Source of the DNA: Alphaproteobacteria bacterium
Lineage (GTDB): Bacteria; Pseudomonadota; Alphaproteobacteria; MPNO01
Length of the DNA stretch: 64,000 nt
Reading direction: 5' to 3'
Assembly: GCA_965248835.1 (NCBI GenBank)
Contig: CBDFLJ010000001.1
Coordinates: 1,984,001-2,048,000, forward strand
In this document: positions 1 to 9,173 of the stretch, one piece after another
Position numbering within the stretch: the stretch's first letter is position 1
Layout: the number at the start of each line of letters is the position of its first letter
The notes under the pieces: model-generated
Databases searched by the model: none
What the model was told of the DNA's origin: nothing
The model's input: only the letters and a program-made list of their open reading frames with translations
Position numbers and translations under genes: made by a program

Positions 1-1281
1 GACCAGCGTCAGCCCGACCGGGCCCGAGCCCGGCGGGTGGCACGGCAGCGTGATCGCCGGTCGGTCGAGGAAGTTTGCCACATAGGTGTTGCGCAGGATC
101 AGGGCATTGGCGGTAAGCCAATGCGCCCTGTCGCCGGTGAAGCTCGCGATCGGCGGTGCAAGGATGGCCAAGGTCGGCATCGCGAGGGCATCGAAATCGG
201 CGGTCGCCCGCCCGGCGCGTTCGACCAGCGCGTTGCGGCCTTCGAGAAGGTCGATATAGGCGGCCGCGGTGATGTTGGCACCGGCCATGAACCGTTCGGC
301 GATGATCGGGTCGTATTGGTCGGCGCCGGTCTCCAGCAATTCGCGGTGCCAGGCATAGCCCTCGGCGATCGAGAACGGCCCGAGGCTGTTGATGCCGGCG
401 ATCTCGTCGAGTTCCGGCAAGCTGATCTCGACGATCCTGGCACCGGCTGCCGACAGCTTCGAGAGCGCCGCCTGAAAAGCAGCCGCGACCGCCTCGTCGA
501 GATCGTCGAGGACAAGGTTCTGCGGCACCGCGATGGTCGCGTGCGCGACGGGCCTGGCTTGCAGCGGCCGGAGCGCCTCGCCGGCGAAGATCGCATCGAC
601 CAGCGCGCAGCAGGCCACCGACCGGCCCAGCGGGCCGGCCGAATCCAGCGTCTTGGCGAGCGGCGTCAGCCCTTCGGTCGGCACCCGCCGACTGGTCGGC
701 TTGAAGCCCACCAGCCCGCAGAACCCGGCCGGCATGCGGATCGAGCCGGCGGTGTCGGTGCCCAGCGCGACGGCCGCCATGCCGTCGGTCACCGAGACCG
801 CCGCGCCGGACGACGAGCCGCCCGGAACGCGGCCGGTCGCGCGGTCCCACGGATTGCGCGGCGTATCGTAGTGCGGGTTCAGCCCGACGGCGCCGAGCGC
901 GAACTCGACCATGTTGGTCGTGCCCATCACCACGGCACCTGCGGCGCGCAGCCGGGCGAGCACCGGTGCGTCCCGCGTCGCCGCCGGCCGGCCCTCCAGC
1001 ACCTTGGAGCCGGCCAGGGTGGTATAGCCCTGGACGTCGCACAGGTCCTTGACCGAGACCGGGATGCCGGCCAGCGGAGAGGGCACGATGCCGCGGGCGC
1101 GCAGCGCATCGCTCGCCGCCGCCGCGGCGAGGGCGGCGTCCTTGAAGAGCCGGATGAAGACCCTGCCGCCCTCGCCCGCTGGATCCTCGATGCGGGCCAG
1201 CGCTTCGTTGGTCAGCGCGAGCGCGGTCGTCCGGCCGGCGGCGAGGTCCCCGGCAATCTCATGCAACGTCTGCACGGGCAT
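1..1281 (-). CDS. Amidase-signature family protein, 3' end runs off the window
   Basis: Manual translation from ATG 1281: MPVQTLHEIA..SVKDLCDV..GGSSSG..GTDTAGSIRMPAGFCGLVGFKPT; ends PVGLTLV at base 1 with no stop, so it is absent from the ORF track. Confidence 0.9.
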   Translation of the reverse strand, partial: MPVQTLHEIAGDLAAGRTTALALTNEALARIEDPAGEGGRVFIRLFKDAALAAAAASDALRARGIVPSPLAGIPVSVKDLCDVQGYTTLAGSKVLEGRPAATRDAPVLARLRAAGAVVMGTTNMVEFALGAVGLNPHYDTPRNPWDRATGRVPGGSSSGAAVSVTDGMAAVALGTDTAGSIRMPAGFCGLVGFKPTSRRVPTEGLTPLAKTLDSAGPLGRSVACCALVDAIFAGEALRPLQARPVAHATIAVPQNLVLDDLDEAVAAAFQAALSKLSAAGARIVEISLPELDEIAGINSLGPFSIAEGYAWHRELLETGADQYDPIIAERFMAGANITAAAYIDLLEGRNALVERAGRATADFDALAMPTLAILAPPIASFTGDRAHWLTANALILRNTYVANFLDRPAITLPCHPPGSGPVGLTLV

Positions 1282-2314
1282 CCTCCCCCTTCGATTGGGC
1301 TGCAATCCTGTTGTTCAGCAGCTCCCGCATCCGCAGCGCCGGCGCATCGACGTTGATGTCGATCACCGGTGCATCGGGCATCTCATCGACCATGCGCTGC
1401 TGCGCCTCCATGATCGCGAGGTCCTGATGGAAGACCCGCAGGAAATCCGTGCGGTAGACCTCGTCCATCACCGCGCTGTCGATCTGGAACAGCCGCGAAT
1501 GGGCGTAGAAATGATGCGTCGTCGTCGCGGTCTCCGGTGTCGGGCAGTTGGGGACGTGGAAGGCGATCCCCTGGTTGCGGTTGCCGTCCAGCGCGCCGCG
1601 CCCGATTTCGGCGCAGCCGACGTCGACATCGACATAGACCGGCAGGCGCGCATCCACGATCTGCCAGCGATCGACCGCCCCGGTGAAGCCACCGACCGTC
1701 GTGTAGAATGCCGCCGGCTCGACTTCGGGCATGATCCGGGTCATGCGGACCCCGTCGGCCAGCCGTTCGGTGCGGCACGGGAACCGGGTGATCACGTCGT
1801 TGCCGATCGAATCGGCGTGAACGAAGCTCAGATGCGACAGGTCGAGCAGGTTCTCGATGATCGTCAGGTAGTTGCAGCGGGTATAAAGGGGCGTCGCGTG
1901 GTTGCCCGGCACCGTCTTCCATTCGGGGTGGTCCATCCACCACCAGTCGGGCAGCAGGCGCTCGTCGGCGCGGGTCGGATCGCCCATCCAGACCCACACC
2001 CAGCCCGCGCGCTCGACAAGCGGGTAGGACCGCACGACGGCGCCCGGCGGGATCCGGCTCTGGCCCGGCACCGCGACACATTGCCCGTCGGGCGCAAACT
2101 CCAGGCCGTGATAGCCGCATTGCAGCCGGTTGCCCACCACCGTGCCCATCGACAGCGGCAGCGCGCGGTGGCAGCAGCGGTCGGCCAGCGCCACCGCCGC
2201 ACCGTCCGCGGTCCGGTAGAGCACGACCGGCTCGTCGAGCAGCGTGCGGGCGACCGGCGCATCCCCGATCTCCGAGCTCCACGCGGCGACATACCAGCAG
2301 TCCTTCAGGAACAT
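1259..2314 (-). CDS. Rieske non-heme iron oxygenase alpha subunit (VanA/demethylase-like)
   Basis: N-terminus MFLKDCWYVAAWS; Rieske motif CCH..CGYH; mononuclear Fe motif ENLLDLSHLSFVH. Confidence 0.92.
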   Translation of the reverse strand: MFLKDCWYVAAWSSEIGDAPVARTLLDEPVVLYRTADGAAVALADRCCHRALPLSMGTVVGNRLQCGYHGLEFAPDGQCVAVPGQSRIPPGAVVRSYPLVERAGWVWVWMGDPTRADERLLPDWWWMDHPEWKTVPGNHATPLYTRCNYLTIIENLLDLSHLSFVHADSIGNDVITRFPCRTERLADGVRMTRIMPEVEPAAFYTTVGGFTGAVDRWQIVDARLPVYVDVDVGCAEIGRGALDGNRNQGIAFHVPNCPTPETATTTHHFYAHSRLFQIDSAVMDEVYRTDFLRVFHQDLAIMEAQQRMVDEMPDAPVIDINVDAPALRMRELLNNRIAAQSKGEDARADVA

Positions 2315-2470
2315 CGTCTCGTCCTCAACGGTCGTATTGATCAGCCGATTTGGCGCGGCACCGGGCTACGGTGTCATCCCGTGAAGCGATGTGCAAGACG
2401 CGGCGTGCGGCTCGCACCGCCCTGGCTTGGCGGCTAAGATCGGCCGCAAACCGCACTAGGGAGGCCTGCC

Positions 2471-3580
2471 GTGTTCGACTTCCTATTCCCGAGCCATGCC
2501 TTCGGCTCCCAGACTCTTCGCCTTGTGGCCGAGGCCCAGCAAGGCGGCGGTGATGTCTTCGACATCGCGCGAACCTGCCGGGAGATCACCGAGGGCGATC
2601 ACGAGAGCTGGGAACGGGAGTGGATCGCGCTGGCGCGACGGATCGAGGGCAAGGCGCGCGATGCGCTGGCCGCCGGGCGCAAGACCACCGCGCGGAAATA
2701 CTTCTTCCAGGCCAACCAGTACTGGCGCATGGCCAATGTGTTCCTCGACAGCGACCGCAACGCCGACCGGGCCGAACGCTTCGCCAAGGCGCAGGCGTGT
2801 TTCCGCGAGGGTGCAGCCCTGCACAGCCCGCCGATCGAGGTCATCGAGGTGCGCTGCGGCGATGAGACCTATGAAGGCTATTTCTGCCACCCCTTCGATC
2901 CGGCGCCGGGAAAGTGGCCGGCCGTCCTGTTCCTCGGCGGCGCGGACGCTTATGCCGAGGAGATCTATTTCAGCGGCCGGCAATTGAGCGAGCGCGGCTG
3001 GGCGATGCTCCTGGTCGACACGCCCGGGCGCGGCTCGTCGATGTACCTGAAGGGCATTCCGACGCGCCCGGACTACGAGGTCCCGGGCATGGCCGCGGTC
3101 GACTACCTGGTCTTGCGGCCGGAGATCGATGCGCAGCGCATCGGATTGATGGGGATCAGCATGGCCGGCTACTACGCACCGCGCGTTGCCGCCTTCGACA
3201 AGCGGATCAAGGCGCTGGTCTGCTGGTGCGGCTGCTACAGCCTGCTGACCGACATCTACGAGCATTACGAGGGGCTGCGCCCGACCCTGCGCCGCCTGCT
3301 CGGCGGGATCGACGATGCCGAGGCCCGTCGGCGGCTTCAGGCCTTCACCATGGAAGGCATCGCCGCCAACATCACCTGCCCCACCCTGATCAGCCACGCG
3401 GCGCCGGACCGGCTGATGGCGGTCGAGGGCGCCAGACGCCTGTTCGAGGAAGTCGGGGCCGCCGACAAGACGCTGGAGGTCTACGACGATCCCAAACGCG
3501 GCGGCATCGCCCATTGCAGCCACGATGCCTGGGCCCACAACCTGCCGATGATGCTGGATTGGCTGGAGGACCGCCTGTAA
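2471..3580 (+). CDS. Alpha/beta hydrolase, 2,6-dihydroxypseudooxynicotine hydrolase/FrsA-like
   Basis: GISMAG nucleophile elbow, FLGGAD, DTPGRG, C-terminal HC; RBS GGGAGG before GTG. Confidence 0.85.
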   Translation: MFDFLFPSHAFGSQTLRLVAEAQQGGGDVFDIARTCREITEGDHESWEREWIALARRIEGKARDALAAGRKTTARKYFFQANQYWRMANVFLDSDRNADRAERFAKAQACFREGAALHSPPIEVIEVRCGDETYEGYFCHPFDPAPGKWPAVLFLGGADAYAEEIYFSGRQLSERGWAMLLVDTPGRGSSMYLKGIPTRPDYEVPGMAAVDYLVLRPEIDAQRIGLMGISMAGYYAPRVAAFDKRIKALVCWCGCYSLLTDIYEHYEGLRPTLRRLLGGIDDAEARRRLQAFTMEGIAANITCPTLISHAAPDRLMAVEGARRLFEEVGAADKTLEVYDDPKRGGIAHCSHDAWAHNLPMMLDWLEDRL

Positions 3581-3586
3581 TGCGTG

Positions 3587-3617
3587 TCCCGGTCGGATCG
3601 CGCCGGTCCGATCGGGA
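3587..3617. terminator. Imperfect hairpin between convergent genes
   Basis: TCCCGGTCGGATCG-cgc-CGGTCCGATCGGGA, 14-bp stem with 2 G-U pairs. Confidence 0.5.
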
Positions 3618-3623
3618 TCCGCT

Positions 3624-4808
3624 TTAGCCAAGCCGCCGGAACGCCATCTCCAGCCGTCCCAGGCGGCGGGCGCCCGATGGCTCGACAACGATGGTATTGC
3701 CGGTGCGGATCGCGCGTGCATCATCGGCCGAGGTCGCCCAGGGCTTGAGAACGAAGCAGTGCCCGGCCTCGACGACGCGGCCCTGGGCGTCACCGCCGGG
3801 CCGCGTGGTCGGGCCGTCCTGTCCGAGCCCGAGGCCGTGGCCCATCGTCGGCGCGGCTCTGAGTCCCGCCTTGTCCATGTGGGCGCCCCAAAGCGCGATC
3901 AGATCGGCGTAGGCGACGCCGGGGCGGATCGCCGCCATCAGCGCCTCGAAGCATGCGGCCGAGGCCTCGAAGAGGCGCTCGTAGTCGGCGCCGGGCGCAC
4001 CCAGCGAGACCGCCTCCAGGCTCTGCGCCATGTAGCCGGCATACTTGATCTCGGACTCGCAGATCAGGATGTCGCCGGGCTCGAGCTCGCGTTCGGTGGG
4101 CAGCAGGAAGGTCTGGTTGGGTGCCTTGCCGATGCCGATCAGGAGCATCGCCGGCACCTCGCCGCCGGCACGGATGTGGGCGGCCATCATCTCTGCATAG
4201 AGTGCGTGCTCGGTGACGCCGGGCCGGGCGGTCGCGAAGACCGCCGCGCTGATCGCATCCGCGCAGACCTGCGCCCGTGCGATCAGCGCGATCTCCTCAT
4301 CGCTCTTGACCTGGCGGATGTCGTGCATGATCGCCGTCGCGTCCTCGATCGCGGCATCGGGCAGGGCGGTCCTGAGCGCCTCGAGCTCGCCGGCCGTCAC
4401 GGTCCCGTCGGGGAAGCGCAGGACGCCGGAAAGCCCGACGACGCCGATACGTCCGGCGGCGTGCCCGAGATCCGCCACGGCCTGGACCATCGCCTCGCCC
4501 CAGCGGCCCTCGCTCGTGGCCCGGACCTCGCTCACCCAGTCCTGGGCCGCCTGCCAGAAACCCACCCGGCGCGGCTCGCGGACGATGGCGATCGGCTCGC
4601 CCCTGATCGGGAAGACCGCCGCGGCCGCGGTCCCGCCGCCGCCGATCGCGGTCAAATAGCGGACATCGGGCTGGCAGGCATCCCACTCACCGGTGTTCTG
4701 CGGCGCCACCAGGCAGTCGAGCCCGGCGGCGTCCATCGCCGCGCGCACCAGCCCGTAGCGCCGGTCGCGCTCGGCAAGGCTCGGCCTTGGTAATCGGATC
4801 GAGTCCAT
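3624..4808 (-). CDS. M24 family (Xaa-Pro peptidase/creatinase-like) protein
   Basis: Creatinase N-domain, RQVKSDEEI, GHGLGL; start moved to MDSIRLP with GGAGG RBS. Confidence 0.85.
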   Translation of the reverse strand: MDSIRLPRPSLAERDRRYGLVRAAMDAAGLDCLVAPQNTGEWDACQPDVRYLTAIGGGGTAAAAVFPIRGEPIAIVREPRRVGFWQAAQDWVSEVRATSEGRWGEAMVQAVADLGHAAGRIGVVGLSGVLRFPDGTVTAGELEALRTALPDAAIEDATAIMHDIRQVKSDEEIALIARAQVCADAISAAVFATARPGVTEHALYAEMMAAHIRAGGEVPAMLLIGIGKAPNQTFLLPTERELEPGDILICESEIKYAGYMAQSLEAVSLGAPGADYERLFEASAACFEALMAAIRPGVAYADLIALWGAHMDKAGLRAAPTMGHGLGLGQDGPTTRPGGDAQGRVVEAGHCFVLKPWATSADDARAIRTGNTIVVEPSGARRLGRLEMAFRRLG

Positions 4809-4896
4809 CCCACCTCCAGGTTGCCTGGCGCGATCTTCGCTGCTTGTTGGCGCCATGGCCAGCCGATAGGCTGGCCGCGCCACCTTGGAGTCCGAA

Positions 4897-6066
4897 GTGT
4901 CCGTCACGACCAAGCGGTTCGGCACGTTTCTCGCGCCGTTTCACGCCACCGGCGAGAACCCGACGCTTGCGCTCGCCCGCGACATGGCGCTGGTCGAGCA
5001 TCTCGACCGGTTGGGCTTCGACGAGGTCTGGATCGGCGAGCACCATTCCGGCGGGATGGAGATCATCGCCTCGCCGGAAATCTTCATCGCCGCGGCCGCG
5101 GAGCGGACCCGACGGATCCGGCTCGGCACCGGCGTGGTCTCGCTGCCCTACCATAACCCGTTCCAGGTCGCGGACCGCATCAACCAGCTCGACCATCAGA
5201 CCATGGGGCGGGTGATGTTCGGGGTGGGCGCCGGCGCGCTGCCCTACGATGCGGACATGATCGGCATCGACGTAGGGCGCATCCGCGAGATGCAGGACGA
5301 GGCCCTGGACGTGCTGGTGCCGCTGCTGCGCGGCGAAACGGTCACCGCGAAGACCGGTTGGTTCACCCTGAAGGAGGCGCGGCTCCAGCTTGGCCCGTTC
5401 ACCCGCCCGCATGTCGAAATGGCGATCCCCTCTGTGGTTTCACCTTCGGGCCCGCGCGCGGCCGGCCGGCTCGGCATGAGCCTGCTTTCGACCGCGGCGA
5501 CCACCCAGGCTGCCTTCGAGGCACTGCCGCAGACCTGGCGGATCTGCGCCGAGGAGGCCGCCGCGCACGGCCGCGAGGTGCGGCGGCAGACCTGGCGCCT
5601 GGTCGGCCCGCTGCATATCGCCGAGACCCGCGATCAGGCCCGCGCCAACGTCCGTTTCGGCATCCAGCAATGGCTGCACTATTTCGCCCATGTCGGGCAC
5701 CTGCCGCTGGCCGCGACCGGCGCGGGCGACATCGACAGCGACATCGATGCGCTGATCGATGCCCAGATCGCGGTCATCGGCACGCCGGACGACCTGGTCG
5801 CCCAGATCGAGCGGCTCGATGCCCAATCCGGCGGCTTCGGCGTGTTCCTCGACATGGCCCACAACTGGGCCGATTTCGAGCAGACCAGGCGCAGCTACGA
5901 GCTGATCGCGCGCTACGTGATGCCCCGTTTCCGCGGCGGCGAGAACGCGCAGGAGGCCGCCTATCGCTGGGCAATGGAAAAGAAGCCCCAACTGCTGGAG
6001 CGGCGCCAGGCCGGCATCGACCGGGCGATCGCCCGCCACGAGGCGGACAAGGGCCGACGCCGATGA
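4897..6066 (+). CDS. LLM-class flavin-dependent monooxygenase (limonene 1,2-monooxygenase LimB-like)
   Basis: FGTFLAPFH..ENPTLAL, WIGEHHSGG, RLGTGVVSLPYH; likely GTG start after GGAG. Confidence 0.9.
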   Translation: MSVTTKRFGTFLAPFHATGENPTLALARDMALVEHLDRLGFDEVWIGEHHSGGMEIIASPEIFIAAAAERTRRIRLGTGVVSLPYHNPFQVADRINQLDHQTMGRVMFGVGAGALPYDADMIGIDVGRIREMQDEALDVLVPLLRGETVTAKTGWFTLKEARLQLGPFTRPHVEMAIPSVVSPSGPRAAGRLGMSLLSTAATTQAAFEALPQTWRICAEEAAAHGREVRRQTWRLVGPLHIAETRDQARANVRFGIQQWLHYFAHVGHLPLAATGAGDIDSDIDALIDAQIAVIGTPDDLVAQIERLDAQSGGFGVFLDMAHNWADFEQTRRSYELIARYVMPRFRGGENAQEAAYRWAMEKKPQLLERRQAGIDRAIARHEADKGRRR

Positions 6067-7205
6067 AGTCCAGGGTCATGGTTCAGGTCGCCGACCGCAG
6101 GATCGAGCCGGACGAGCACGAAATCCCGCCGGTCGGGCCGAAGGAGGCGCTGCTGGCGGTCGAGGCCTGCGGGCTGTGCGGCTCGGACGTCGAGCAGTTT
6201 CGCGGCACCTTCGCAGCCAAGGGCATCATGCGCTACCCGGTGATCCCGGGCCACGAACCGGTCGGCCGGATCGCCGAGATCGGCGCCGAAGCGGCGCGAA
6301 CCTGGGGCGTCAAGACCGGCGACCGGGTAGCGCTGGAGCCCCATCTGTCCTGCGGGCGCTGCCATCTGTGTCTGGGCGGGGATTACCACAACTGCCGCTC
6401 GCTGATGCCGCCCGGCGCACCGCCCTGCTACGGCTACACCCCGCGCGATGTCGGGCACGGGCTGTGGGGCGGCTACGGCGAGTACATCCACCTGCACGAA
6501 CGCACGATGCTGCACAAGGTGCCCGAGTCGATGCCGCTTGCCCTTGCGAGCCTCTACCAGCCGATCGCGGCCGGCGTGCGCTGGGCGGTCCATGTGCCCA
6601 GGACGGCGATGGGCGATACCGTGCTGATCCTCGGCCACGGTCAGCGCGGGTTGGGCGCGGTGGTCGCCGCGCGCGAGGCGGGCGCGGGCACGATCATCAT
6701 CACCGGCACCTCTCGCAGTGCCTACAAGCTCCGCCTGGCCGAGGCGCTGGGGGCCGACCACACCATCGAGGCCGACCGCGAGGACGTTGTGGCGCGGGTG
6801 ATGGAGATCACCGACGGGGCCGGCGTCGACGTCGCGCTCGACGTGGTGCCCGGCGGCGCGGGCCCGGTCCGCGATGCGGTCGCGGCCGCGCGGATCGGCG
6901 GCACGATCGTCCTCAGCGGCATCAAGGGCAAGGACGAGACCGTCGATCTGGATGTCGACGCGGTGATCTACAAGGAGCTCGTCCTCAAGGGCGTCTATTC
7001 CCAGGCCCGCCAATCCTATCTGGAGGCCTTCCGGCTGCTCGAGCAGAACACCTATCGGCTGGAGCGGATGCACACCCACGAGTTCCTGCTTGAAGACGCC
7101 GCCCGTGCGCTGGAGACCCTGGGCCGGGAGCGCGACACCGACCAGGAGCCGGTCTGCGTCTCGCTCCATCCCGACCGCGCGACCATGGCGCTTGGTGGGC
7201 GCTGA
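6063..7205 (+). CDS. Zn-dependent alcohol dehydrogenase (MDR family)
   Basis: CGSD, GHE, structural Zn motif CGRCHLC..C; ATGA overlap with the upstream gene. Confidence 0.92.
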   Translation: MKSRVMVQVADRRIEPDEHEIPPVGPKEALLAVEACGLCGSDVEQFRGTFAAKGIMRYPVIPGHEPVGRIAEIGAEAARTWGVKTGDRVALEPHLSCGRCHLCLGGDYHNCRSLMPPGAPPCYGYTPRDVGHGLWGGYGEYIHLHERTMLHKVPESMPLALASLYQPIAAGVRWAVHVPRTAMGDTVLILGHGQRGLGAVVAAREAGAGTIIITGTSRSAYKLRLAEALGADHTIEADREDVVARVMEITDGAGVDVALDVVPGGAGPVRDAVAAARIGGTIVLSGIKGKDETVDLDVDAVIYKELVLKGVYSQARQSYLEAFRLLEQNTYRLERMHTHEFLLEDAARALETLGRERDTDQEPVCVSLHPDRATMALGGR

Positions 7206-7289
7206 TCCGGCCGCCGCCGGCCGCTACACGGCCGTTGTTATTCGATCCAAACTGCCGCACCATCGGGGCACGAGCACGGGGGTGATGTC

Positions 7290-8159
7290 ATGACGACCAA
7301 GTCGATCCTTGCGGTCTTGATCGGCCCCGACACCGATCGGTCGGTGCTTCATTGCGCGGGCATGCTGGCCAGCGCGTTCAACGCCCATATCGCGGTCACC
7401 CATGTCCGCGACCTGCCGCGGGCGACGGCGATGATGGGATATGAGGGCGTTCAGCCCTATATCAACGACGACCTGGAGGCCGACCTGAGAAACCGCGCCG
7501 ATGCGGTCGAGGCCGCGAGCCGCGCCCATTTCGAGGCCTTCGTCAAGGACAGTGGGTTCGAGGTGCGCAGCGAGCCGGCGCTGCTCGACCGCCCAACGGT
7601 GAGCTGGGACTCGGTGGAGGGCTACGGGCCGGACGTCGTCAGCCGGCGCGGCGGCGGTTACGACATCATCGTCCTGGGCCGCCCGGCCGGCGGCCCGTCG
7701 AACCTCGATCTGCTGAGTGTCGAGGCGGCCCTGTTCATAACCGGCCGCCCCGTTCTGATCGTCCCCCAGGAGGCGCCGGCGGCGATCGGTGAAAAGGTGC
7801 TGATCGGGTGGAACCGCAGCGGGCCTGCCGCACGCGCGTTCCATACCGCCAAGTCGCTGCTGCTTGAGCGCGCCAAGCGCGTGCGCCTGCTGTCGGTGAC
7901 CACCGGAGCCAAGCAGGGCCCGCCGGCGGAAGACATATGCAACAACCTCGCCTGGCACGGCATCCAGGCCGAGATCCGCGAGCTGTCGCCCGACTACCGG
8001 TCGATCGGCGAGGTGCTGCTGGCCGAAGCCAGCGCGATCGGCGCCGACCTCCTGGTGATGGGCGCCTATTCGCGCAGCCGGCTGCGCCAGTTGATCCTGG
8101 GCGGGGTGACACAGCATGTGCTGACCCGCGCCCCGATCCCGGTCTTCATGGCACATTAG
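7290..8159 (+). CDS. Universal stress protein (tandem USP domains)
   Basis: DIIVLGR, GRPVLIVP, DLLVMGAYSRSRLRQLILGGVT. Confidence 0.92.
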   Translation: MTTKSILAVLIGPDTDRSVLHCAGMLASAFNAHIAVTHVRDLPRATAMMGYEGVQPYINDDLEADLRNRADAVEAASRAHFEAFVKDSGFEVRSEPALLDRPTVSWDSVEGYGPDVVSRRGGGYDIIVLGRPAGGPSNLDLLSVEAALFITGRPVLIVPQEAPAAIGEKVLIGWNRSGPAARAFHTAKSLLLERAKRVRLLSVTTGAKQGPPAEDICNNLAWHGIQAEIRELSPDYRSIGEVLLAEASAIGADLLVMGAYSRSRLRQLILGGVTQHVLTRAPIPVFMAH

Positions 8160-8511
8160 CCTAGGCGCAAATCCGATCGAGCCCTGTGCGGTAGCCCTGT
8201 GCCGTAGGCCCGGGCGATGCCGTTCAAGGTGATCGTCGTGCCGACGCGGCGGAGCGCGATCGACATGCGCCGGATTCGGCCGGCGTCGGCGTGATCCGCT
8301 CGGCGCGGCATCGGCGATGAACAGCGCCTTACGCCCGTCAAATGCCGGACGGGCACAAGGCAAATCCTTCAACGCCTTTCATCCGCGCCTCCGGCCGCCG
8401 TCGGGTCCTCCGTCGGCAAGGCGCTGGACCCGAAGCGTCCCTCCCCGCCCGCCCGCAATCGGGCCATGAGCATGGTTCGATCCGCGGACGCCGGCGATCG
8501 GCGTTCAAATT

Positions 8512-8564
8512 TGATAATGCCTCGCATTTGCAATTGACTCAATTGCAAATGCGAGGCATTATCA
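8512..8564. promoter_or_regulatory. Perfect 26-bp inverted repeat of two Fur-like boxes overlapping sigma70-like promoters
   Basis: TGATAATGCCTCGCATTTGCAATTGA-C-TCAATTGCAAATGCGAGGCATTATCA; TTGACT-N17-CATTAT on + strand (8534-8562) and TTGAGT-N17-CATTAT on - strand. Confidence 0.75.
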
Positions 8565-8620
8565 TTAAAGCTCGACTTATCCGATCGAAGCGCAGGCGGT
8601 CACGGCGTGAAAGGGAAGAG

Positions 8621-9130
8621 ATGGAAACGAAGCAGGAAAATGGCGTGGCGGCAGCGGCCTGGCCGACATCGATGCCGGAACTCGACACGGCCGAGCAACT
8701 GGTCGTCTGGGCGCTCCGGTGCTCGATGCTCGCCCTCGACAACCGGACGAACCATCACATCTGCCTTCTGCGCAACGAACTCGTCCGGCAGTTCGGGCCG
8801 GAGGACGCGCAATCGGCTTGCGCCGGGATCTTCTCGATCGTTCGGACCGTGAAGGCGAATGCGAGGCGCGATCTGCACTTCCACCAGCCCTGCTGCCCGT
8901 GCCTTTGCGAAGAAGAGCTATGGCTGATCTGCCTGGTAGGCGCCTGCCAGAGGGGCGAGGCGCGACTAGCAGGTTTCCTTGCCGAGTCGACGATTCAGGC
9001 CGATGGGGTCGGCGACGTCCTCAACGCCGCCATCTTCCTCGCAGGGCTGATGCGAAAGCACGCCCTTGTCCTTCCCGACCGGTCATACGACGCCCGAGCG
9101 CTGGGCGAAACGCCCTCGGTGATCCATTAG
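8621..9130 (+). CDS. Hypothetical protein with Cys-rich HxPCCPCLC motif, probably iron-regulated
   Basis: ATG after AGGGAAGAG; helical protein containing HFHQPCCPCLCEEE; directly downstream of the Fur-like palindrome. Confidence 0.7.
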   Translation: METKQENGVAAAAWPTSMPELDTAEQLVVWALRCSMLALDNRTNHHICLLRNELVRQFGPEDAQSACAGIFSIVRTVKANARRDLHFHQPCCPCLCEEELWLICLVGACQRGEARLAGFLAESTIQADGVGDVLNAAIFLAGLMRKHALVLPDRSYDARALGETPSVIH

Positions 9131-9173
9131 GCGCATGTTCCAGCCGGATCGAGCGGGATCGGCGCGCCCTGCC

